Below the pieces are notes generated by a model. It did no database searches, was not told the DNA's origin, and was given only the letters and a program-made list of their open reading frames with translations. The position numbers and the translations under genes are program-made. From IMG/VR virus record IMGVR_UViG_3300045131_002121, positions 8,855 to 72,854 of that record: a DNA stretch of 64,000 nucleotides; one strand, given 5' to 3'. This DNA comes from a virus. Numbering within the stretch: position 1 is the first letter of the stretch; each line of letters starts with the position of its first letter. Shown here piece by piece: positions 57,569 to 64,000 of the stretch.

Positions 57569-58606
57569 ATGGCCGATCTACCCACGAATCCAGCAGACGC
57601 CGCGGCGGCCTCTGAACGTATCATGAACGCAGCTAACCGCTTGGAGACCGGCGGGATCGTGTTCCTGATCATAGTTCTTATCCTTGGAGTCATCGCATTC
57701 TGGCTATGGTTACGCTCTAAGAAGGACGCCAAGACAGCTGAGAACAAGAAGCTCGAGATCGAGCAAGACGGGAAGACCAAGCGAGCCGAACTCATCGCGG
57801 ATTCCAACCGCAGTATCGCCAAGGCGATCACGGACTCCAATGAGCTCGTCATGCGGGGGCTCCAGCGGCATGGTGCCTGCATTGAGAGCCTGGGGAAAGA
57901 GATCCATGGGCTCCGCAAGGACATGGTAGATCACGGTGCCAAACTTGAGCACCTGACGACCTCACAGGCCGAAGCGTTTACGACTTCACTGGCAGCACAT
58001 GACCGCACCAGTGCGGAGCGTGATAACACCAGGGAACGCCGGCTAGACCAAACATTCAATAATCTGCAGGCCGTGTTACGCGAACTCCTCGATCGTCAAA
58101 AAGGGGTCATCAACGTCACGGACTCAATTCGCATCATCGAGGAATGCTTTGAGCGTTCAGTGAAACCTCAGGTATTCGATATTGTCACGAAATCTATTGA
58201 GAATAATAACTGGAAGAAAGAAGCCGCATACATCACGGATCGGGTCTGCAAGGATCTCAACTCGATCTTCTTTCACGCCGAACGTGGGCTCGCCAACTAC
58301 CAGCTCTCCATAGATCACAAACTATTCTTTGCGAGTCACCCCGATGGCTCCTATGATGTCGTAGACCTCATCTGGGCGCTGATTCGTGAGATGCTGATAG
58401 CGGCGTCGGAGAGCTCGGATCACACCGATGAAACCGTGAAGCGCCGTGTGGGCTCCACTAGGATTCGAGTTGAAAACTGCATCAACGTAATGCTCAATGA
58501 GACCAAGCATCGGGCATCTGGGATCTACCACGACGAGGGTTCCAAGTCCACGAAGCGCTCGAACCGGCAGAGCGACGACGACCTCCCCAGCCCCCATGCG
58601 GCGTGA
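57569..58606 (+). CDS. Single-pass membrane protein with coiled coil (possibly holin/lysis-related)
   Basis: TM GGIVFLIIVLILGVIAFWLWL followed by RSKK and a long coiled coil; ATG 57569 preferred. Confidence 0.5.
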   Translation: MADLPTNPADAAAASERIMNAANRLETGGIVFLIIVLILGVIAFWLWLRSKKDAKTAENKKLEIEQDGKTKRAELIADSNRSIAKAITDSNELVMRGLQRHGACIESLGKEIHGLRKDMVDHGAKLEHLTTSQAEAFTTSLAAHDRTSAERDNTRERRLDQTFNNLQAVLRELLDRQKGVINVTDSIRIIEECFERSVKPQVFDIVTKSIENNNWKKEAAYITDRVCKDLNSIFFHAERGLANYQLSIDHKLFFASHPDGSYDVVDLIWALIREMLIAASESSDHTDETVKRRVGSTRIRVENCINVMLNETKHRASGIYHDEGSKSTKRSNRQSDDDLPSPHAA

Positions 58607-58616
58607 GAGCACAGGC

Positions 58617-58644
58617 TTCTCCCCGGGCAACACCGACTTAGCAT
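58617..58644 (+). promoter_or_regulatory. Putative promoter TTCTCC-N16-TAGCAT
   Basis: Intergenic, upstream of the AGGAG RBS of 58666. Confidence 0.35.
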
Positions 58645-58665
58645 CAAGACTACAGGAGATCACGA

Positions 58666-61377
58666 ATGGCCACCGCTCAAGGTTTTGTCAAGGTTGCAGG
58701 GGTCAATACTCCCGGGGTCTACTACACCGCGATTTACTCGCGCCCCGGAAATGTAACACGCTGGCGTCGTGTGGTCCGTTTAACAGACAACGCAGGCATC
58801 TACCAGGTTGCGATCAGCGAAGACAACTTCATGGGTACCAATTGGGTCTGTCAGAACGGTGATAAACTCGTGGTCTTGTTCTGGCGAAAGAGTGACGTCA
58901 CCCCCGTGGATCCCCCGGGTTCCGCGTATGAAAACCAGTCACCCACTGATGGTAGTGGAGGGGATCACCCCCTCGGCTTCAAGTATGACAACGGCGCCGC
59001 AGCGGTAGCCAACTATGCCACCGCGGATCAATTCGCCAGTGTTCTCTTCACGTTGACCGGGGATGCCTGGAACGCCACACCAGACGGTGGTGGTGTCGGC
59101 GACATCAATGGCAACATCGACCTCCAACTCAACCAAGGCCCCAGTGCGGTCATCACAGGAGTCAGCTCGGATCCACTGAACCCCACTTATATCTCTCGCG
59201 CCGTCGCCAGAATCCTCGGCAATGGTTCCAGTGATAACGAGAACAGGGTAACCGCGGGTGGGCGCACCACGGGCCAGTTCTACTCAGAGTTCTCCCAAGT
59301 CCTCTTCGAGCAGATCTCGGGTGCCCATCGTCCCAGTGGCGGTGTCCAAACCGCTGATGGCTCCCCAGTTGATGGCACCCGCTTCGCGTTCTCCGTGGGT
59401 TCCCTTTACGGGAACTCCTTTGGTACCCTGGTCCCCGGACCCAGTGGGACCCCCGTGGGTGGTGACCAAGTCGTCTACCCCGGACCCGGATTCCCCAGCC
59501 AGACCCATACCTGGAATCACATCGACAATTGGCCGGTTCAGTTGACCACCAAGGATGATGCCGGTACCGGTGCAGGTGGCGAACTCAACCCGGCGAAAAC
59601 TGCGACGGCGATGTTCTACTTGCGGACCACTTACCGTGCCCCTGGTTTCGGTTTCGCCGCACGCGAATGGGCGTCCTGGAATGATCTCGTCGCCAACTCG
59701 GGTTCCCCGGTGTTCTCATCCTCGGCCCCCAACACGATTCGTGACGTCGCCAGGGTGACCCCTGCGCTCAGCGGTGCCGACAACACTCTTGTCGTCGCCG
59801 CACGCTACCAGGACGCCCCCGCGGGCTCCGTGGTCGCCCTCAGCGGAGCTGGAAAAGTTGTGGTCCGCAATGACCCCTGGTCCTCGGGGCAGATCTATTC
59901 GAGATTCACGAGTGCTATTGATCTCAACGATGCCGTGGGTGGTAACCTCACCATCAATGTAACCAACATTGGCCTCGGCATCCAAGCCGGGGATCTCGCC
60001 GCTGGTGAGATCCGTGGGTTCCTCAACATTGTCACCCAGACCCCCGCAGGTGGTGGTCTCGCGGTTCCCATTCTCCACAGCTATCCAATCGTGGCCTCGA
60101 CGTCAGTGGATTCCATTGTCATCGCGGTCACGGGTTCCACGCAGGTCTACACCGCAGCGGACTGGTTCTTTATCTCCAACGAACCCGGAGGTGGCAACCA
60201 CACGAGCTGGGAGTGGGAGATCAATGCTGGCGGCTTCGGATGGGAAAGCGTCGGTCTCGGCTACACCCAGCTGGGTGGCAGCGCTGTTGGACCCGGCACC
60301 ACTATCAATTCCCCGGGTATCGGGCTCCATGCCTGGCCGGGTTCCTTCTTCGTTGTAGTCAATGGTGGCATGCGTGGGTGGTATCCCATCGCAAGTGTTC
60401 CCAGTGATAACCAAATCGTCTTGGTTGTGGGTTCTCCGTTACCAGGGCTTGTACAACCCTCGGACACCATCGCTATCGGATTCCCCTCGAAACCCCTGAA
60501 GTGGCCACAGAGTGTCAACGATGCCCTCGATGTCCGCGCCACCGTGAAGTCCACCAATGGGTGGTCGAACACGATCGGGCAGCCCTGGAAACTGTTTGGG
60601 GCCACCCCAGTGGTGTACACGCAGACCGGTGCAGTGGATAACTTGAATCCCGCCGCGATTATCCCCGCGCCGTCGTCGGTTCCCGGCAATGCTAAAACTT
60701 ATGTCTTCGATGGACGACGTTCTTATGGTACCGATGTTTCCTGGATCCAAGGGGATCCCCTGGGCACCGATCCCGTCTTGGCCTCCGCGGGAACAATTCT
60801 GGCAGGGCATCCCTCGATTGCATTCACGGATCCCAACCTCATCAATGGTGGCCTCCGCACCGGTGGCCACGCCGTCTTGGTCCTCACCGATCTCACCGGG
60901 GCGATCACCAAGGTTATCCCCATCGTGGACATCGATACCACGAATCCCACCAAGGTCTGGTTGGATACCTCGGTCATCGGCGCCAACATCAACTACAGCG
61001 CGGGGACCCAACACTTCCGTACCGCTAATGACTACGAAATCGAAACCGGGGGCGTCCCCGCTGCGATTGCATCCTATGCCTGGGAGATCAGGTCCTCGAT
61101 GACCGCGTTGCCACCCCTGGGTGTCAATGATCCCGCGTTCCCGACTTGGTGGAATCTCGCCAGGTTCGACAACTCAGGTACTGGCCCCAGCTTCTCGCAC
61201 ACCTACCCCCAGGCCGACAATGCGCGTAACGCCGTGGTCGCCCTGACCGTGGTCGACGAGGATACCGCCCCTGGCGGTAACGCTCCGGCGCAGGCGACAT
61301 CTCGCCTCGCCTTTGTTGTCAATGTCAGTGGTGGTGGTTCAGCAACCCTGGGCGCGCGTCGCCTCGAATGGGATTAA
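58666..61377 (+). CDS. Large virion protein with interrupted PKD/Ig-like domains (903 aa)
   Basis: NQGPSAVI...SSD, FDGRRS, IASYAW, GPSFSHTY and VALTVVD are PKD-like fragments. Confidence 0.6.
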   Translation: MATAQGFVKVAGVNTPGVYYTAIYSRPGNVTRWRRVVRLTDNAGIYQVAISEDNFMGTNWVCQNGDKLVVLFWRKSDVTPVDPPGSAYENQSPTDGSGGDHPLGFKYDNGAAAVANYATADQFASVLFTLTGDAWNATPDGGGVGDINGNIDLQLNQGPSAVITGVSSDPLNPTYISRAVARILGNGSSDNENRVTAGGRTTGQFYSEFSQVLFEQISGAHRPSGGVQTADGSPVDGTRFAFSVGSLYGNSFGTLVPGPSGTPVGGDQVVYPGPGFPSQTHTWNHIDNWPVQLTTKDDAGTGAGGELNPAKTATAMFYLRTTYRAPGFGFAAREWASWNDLVANSGSPVFSSSAPNTIRDVARVTPALSGADNTLVVAARYQDAPAGSVVALSGAGKVVVRNDPWSSGQIYSRFTSAIDLNDAVGGNLTINVTNIGLGIQAGDLAAGEIRGFLNIVTQTPAGGGLAVPILHSYPIVASTSVDSIVIAVTGSTQVYTAADWFFISNEPGGGNHTSWEWEINAGGFGWESVGLGYTQLGGSAVGPGTTINSPGIGLHAWPGSFFVVVNGGMRGWYPIASVPSDNQIVLVVGSPLPGLVQPSDTIAIGFPSKPLKWPQSVNDALDVRATVKSTNGWSNTIGQPWKLFGATPVVYTQTGAVDNLNPAAIIPAPSSVPGNAKTYVFDGRRSYGTDVSWIQGDPLGTDPVLASAGTILAGHPSIAFTDPNLINGGLRTGGHAVLVLTDLTGAITKVIPIVDIDTTNPTKVWLDTSVIGANINYSAGTQHFRTANDYEIETGGVPAAIASYAWEIRSSMTALPPLGVNDPAFPTWWNLARFDNSGTGPSFSHTYPQADNARNAVVALTVVDEDTAPGGNAPAQATSRLAFVVNVSGGGSATLGARRLEWD

Positions 61378-61386
61378 GGAAACACT

Positions 61387-61707
61387 ATGAGATACGACGG
61401 CCACGAGACTGTTATTGTTGGTGCCGAGTTCCCACCGGGACTCGGTGCCGTCGAGGTCCAGATCCTGAACATGGAGACCATGACACTCCTCGCGCTCTCC
61501 GATAACACGGCGCAGGAGTGTCTCCTGGATCCCGGGCTTTACACGTTCTCCTTGGCCAATGTGGTCGACCCCATCATAGGGTTCACCCAAGCCATTGTGA
61601 GATTCCGAGTCCTGTCCACCGGGGATGTCTACCGCAATAAAGTTGTGCTCCGTGGATACGTCGATGAAGTCAGGAAGACCAAGGCTCTCGTGGCAACCAC
61701 GATCTAA
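61387..61707 (+). CDS. Small beta-rich virion protein (106 aa)
   Basis: AAGGA RBS; PGLYTF motif. Confidence 0.6.
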   Translation: MRYDGHETVIVGAEFPPGLGAVEVQILNMETMTLLALSDNTAQECLLDPGLYTFSLANVVDPIIGFTQAIVRFRVLSTGDVYRNKVVLRGYVDEVRKTKALVATTI

Positions 61708-61718
61708 TAGGGGCTCCA

Positions 61719-64000
61719 GTGCTACCGATTCAGAACAACGTAGTTGTCACCCTGACGGCCCCTCTAGGGGTCTCTGGAACCGTGATCGAAGTCAGCGATG
61801 CCTCCAAGATCGCGACCCCTATCATTGTTGCCCTGGGATCCCGCCTCACCGGTGTCGAACTCATCCGGCTATCAAATAAGAATGTTGGCGCAGGTCTCCT
61901 CTTCGTCGAGCTCGTCCCCCAGAATGGCCGCGGCTTCGGGGGTACCACTCCCAAGGCATGGGATGCCGGCACCAAGTTGTGGTCCACGGTAACCGCTGAA
62001 CACATCCAGGAACTTCGCATTCATGAGATGACCCCCCAGCAGCGTGCTGCACTGGTCTTGGGGTTGCGTGAGCGTGGCTACATCTACCTCGATACCCCAG
62101 GTGACACTCTCACCAGGTGGGATGGTTTCAAGTTCAACGCCGCCGTGCTCACCCATGGCGCCGGGATCACGGGGCCCAGTCGTGGGATCAAGGACTTCAT
62201 TGCACCAGCACTGGATATCGTTGACTTACCATATTCCTTGGGTGATCGCTGGCTGAATACCGATGATAACATCTTGTACATCTGTGATGTCACCCCCACG
62301 GGGCAACTCTCAGACTGGTCTCCGATTTTCTCGGGATCCACGGGTCCACAGGGTCCCATGGGTCCCGAAGGCCCGCGTGGCGACACTGGACCGGGGACCC
62401 CAGGTGTCACTGGACCCCAGGGCCCCCAAGGTGTAACCGGGTTTCAAGGCCCCACGGGGATTCAGGGTCCCATTGGGGACACATCTCTAACAGCGGGACC
62501 CACGGGACCGATAGGCCCAAGTGGTCCCAGCGGTGTCTATGGACCCTCGGGGCCACAGGGTCTCCCGGGGCCTCAGGGCCCCATAGGAGTCCAGGGGCCC
62601 ACGGGCCCCCGCGGAATCCAGGGCATCACGGGTCCACGTGGAGCCACCGGATCCGGATTAACTGCGCGACAGGGTGATCAGGGTCCACAGGGTGCTCAGG
62701 GGGCTCAGGGTCCCCGGGGATACACGGGACCACGTGGGATCACCGGGGGCCAGGGTCCACAGGGTTCACAGGGTTTTCCAGGTAACACTGGGCTCTCGGG
62801 TCCAGTGGGTCCTCAGGGCATCCCGGGACCCCAAGGTATCTCGGGTCCCCAGGGTGTAACTGGTATCGGCCCCACGGGGCCCCAGGGGTACACCGGGGCC
62901 GTCGGCCCCGCACAGACCACTCCAGGGCCGCAAGGTATCCAGGGGGTCAAGGGTCCGCAGGGTGCCCCTGGCGTCGACGGCCTCCCCGGAAATCCGGGGC
63001 TTCCAGGGATCCGGGGACCCCGGGGTCTTCCAGGTATTCAGGGCCCACGTGGCGACCGTGGAATGATGGGAGCGGTTATCAAGGGTCCTCGAGGTGAGCC
63101 CGGACCCACGGGTCCCCAAGGGGCCACAGGGGATCAAGGGGATCGTGGTGACAAGGGCAAAGTGGGGAGCTCAGTAACTGGTCCTCGCGGTGATACCGGT
63201 CCCATTGGCCCACGCGGCAACGATTTTGATGGACCCCCTGATGGCAGCACGGGGCCCGCAGGTATTACTGGCCCCAGGGGGGAAGATGGTGATCAGGGAC
63301 CAGATGGTCCCCAGGGTCCTGACGGAACCGTACCTGGTCCCAAGGGCCCGCGTGGATTCGATGGTGTACCCGGGATAGACGGTCCTCGGGGGGATACGGG
63401 TGAGCGGGGCCCAGCGGGGCAAGATGCCAACCCTACAGTCGGCCCCAGGGGACCAACTGGCCCCGCGGGGCCACGAGGGGATCTCAACGAAGCCCAAGGT
63501 AAGCCGCTGTGTCAGCCGCATCAGCACTGTGAGAGTGATTGTGTATGTGATGGTATTTTTGGGCAAGGGGATCCAAAGGACGGCGGCGACACCCTGACCC
63601 CAGATGGTATCATCACGATGAATATGTGCACGAGCACTCTTGACGCCGTGGTATGCCATACCGCGCACCTAGGCGTCGGTGGGGTTGGGTGGTGCCCCGC
63701 TGTTATCAAGGCCTGCGTTTCTACAGGTTTCAAGTGCATTGGAGTTCTCGAACCATGCAGCCCACCTGCTGAGTGCGATTGTGACGTCACCGAGTGCCCC
63801 ACCCAAAGTGGTGGGGGCTCCAGTGGTGGTTCCAGCCGTGGCTCCAGTGGTAGCGGTTCCGGATCCGGCAGCGGATCCGGTTCAAGCCAACCCAGTGGTT
63901 CAAGCCAACCCAGTGGTTCAAGCCAACCCAGTGGTTCAAGCCAACCCAGTGGTTCAAGCCAACCCAGTGGTTCAAGCCAACCCAGTGGTTCAAGCCAACC
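61719..64000 (+). CDS. Collagen-like fibre protein (3'-truncated; absent from the ORF track)
   Basis: GTG 61719 after AGGGG; reads [17 protein letters not shown]...; interrupted Gly-X-Y repeats ~62335-63480; 13-Cys domain; Ser/Gly repeats to the window end. Confidence 0.85.
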   Translation, partial: MLPIQNNVVVTLTAPLGVSGTVIEVSDASKIATPIIVALGSRLTGVELIRLSNKNVGAGLLFVELVPQNGRGFGGTTPKAWDAGTKLWSTVTAEHIQELRIHEMTPQQRAALVLGLRERGYIYLDTPGDTLTRWDGFKFNAAVLTHGAGITGPSRGIKDFIAPALDIVDLPYSLGDRWLNTDDNILYICDVTPTGQLSDWSPIFSGSTGPQGPMGPEGPRGDTGPGTPGVTGPQGPQGVTGFQGPTGIQGPIGDTSLTAGPTGPIGPSGPSGVYGPSGPQGLPGPQGPIGVQGPTGPRGIQGITGPRGATGSGLTARQGDQGPQGAQGAQGPRGYTGPRGITGGQGPQGSQGFPGNTGLSGPVGPQGIPGPQGISGPQGVTGIGPTGPQGYTGAVGPAQTTPGPQGIQGVKGPQGAPGVDGLPGNPGLPGIRGPRGLPGIQGPRGDRGMMGAVIKGPRGEPGPTGPQGATGDQGDRGDKGKVGSSVTGPRGDTGPIGPRGNDFDGPPDGSTGPAGITGPRGEDGDQGPDGPQGPDGTVPGPKGPRGFDGVPGIDGPRGDTGERGPAGQDANPTVGPRGPTGPAGPRGDLNEAQGKPLCQPHQHCESDCVCDGIFGQGDPKDGGDTLTPDGIITMNMCTSTLDAVVCHTAHLGVGGVGWCPAVIKACVSTGFKCIGVLEPCSPPAECDCDVTECPTQSGGGSSGGSSRGSSGSGSGSGSGSGSSQPSGSSQPSGSSQPSGSSQPSGSSQPSGSSQPSGSSQ
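63879..64000 (+). repeat. Perfect 18-bp tandem repeat GGTTCAAGCCAACCCAGT (at least 6.8 copies) encoding GSSQPS
   Basis: Read directly; continues to the window edge. Confidence 0.95.

Noticed and set aside
62335-63480. Eukaryotic collagen contamination
   Set aside because: Contiguous, intron-free, in frame with a phage-type N-terminal module and in operon context
274-63993. Many long minus-strand and alternative-frame ORFs (e.g. 15739-16899, 22041-22988, 43224-44297)
   Set aside because: Shadows of high-GC + strand genes; no recognisable motifs and they fully overlap better-supported CDSs
63879-64000. 18-bp repeats as a CRISPR array
   Set aside because: Head-to-tail with no spacers, in frame within a coding sequence, and no cas genes in the window
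1-64000. tRNA/rRNA genes, integrase, terminase, tail sheath/tube
   Set aside because: None recognised by eye in this window; they may lie elsewhere in the genome

Overview
This window is a gene-dense, high-GC segment coded almost entirely on the + strand, and it reads as the virion-morphogenesis region of a large tailed (Caudoviricetes-like) bacteriophage. A Planctomycetes/Verrucomicrobia (PVC) host is inferred from a captured passenger-repeat protein. From left to right it holds: the 3' part of a class II ribonucleotide reductase; an XRE regulator; fibre/adhesin genes (5.2-14.2 kb); and a ~40 kb head module. The head module contains a NUDIX/PCD-like/HAD multidomain protein, a spermidine-synthase-like methyltransferase, an intein-bearing probable portal, a 1914-aa protein and a two-gene multisubunit RNA polymerase (beta fused to beta'-N, plus a separate intein-bearing beta'-C). 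It also holds many Gly-zipper membrane proteins, a prohead protease, a scaffold-like protein, a decoration protein and the major capsid protein. Further virion genes follow, ending in a collagen/Cys-rich/Ser-Gly fibre gene that is missing from the ORF track and runs off the window. The most striking unexplained signal is a recurrent K-x-A(/S) motif. It ends a 12-18 aa N-terminal leader in about ten head-module proteins and sits at the domain boundaries of multidomain proteins. This suggests a capsid-targeting and protease-processing code that loads enzymes and membrane proteins into the virion, alongside an RNA polymerase that has lost both beta' zinc sites. All assignments come from motif recognition by eye; no database searches were run.
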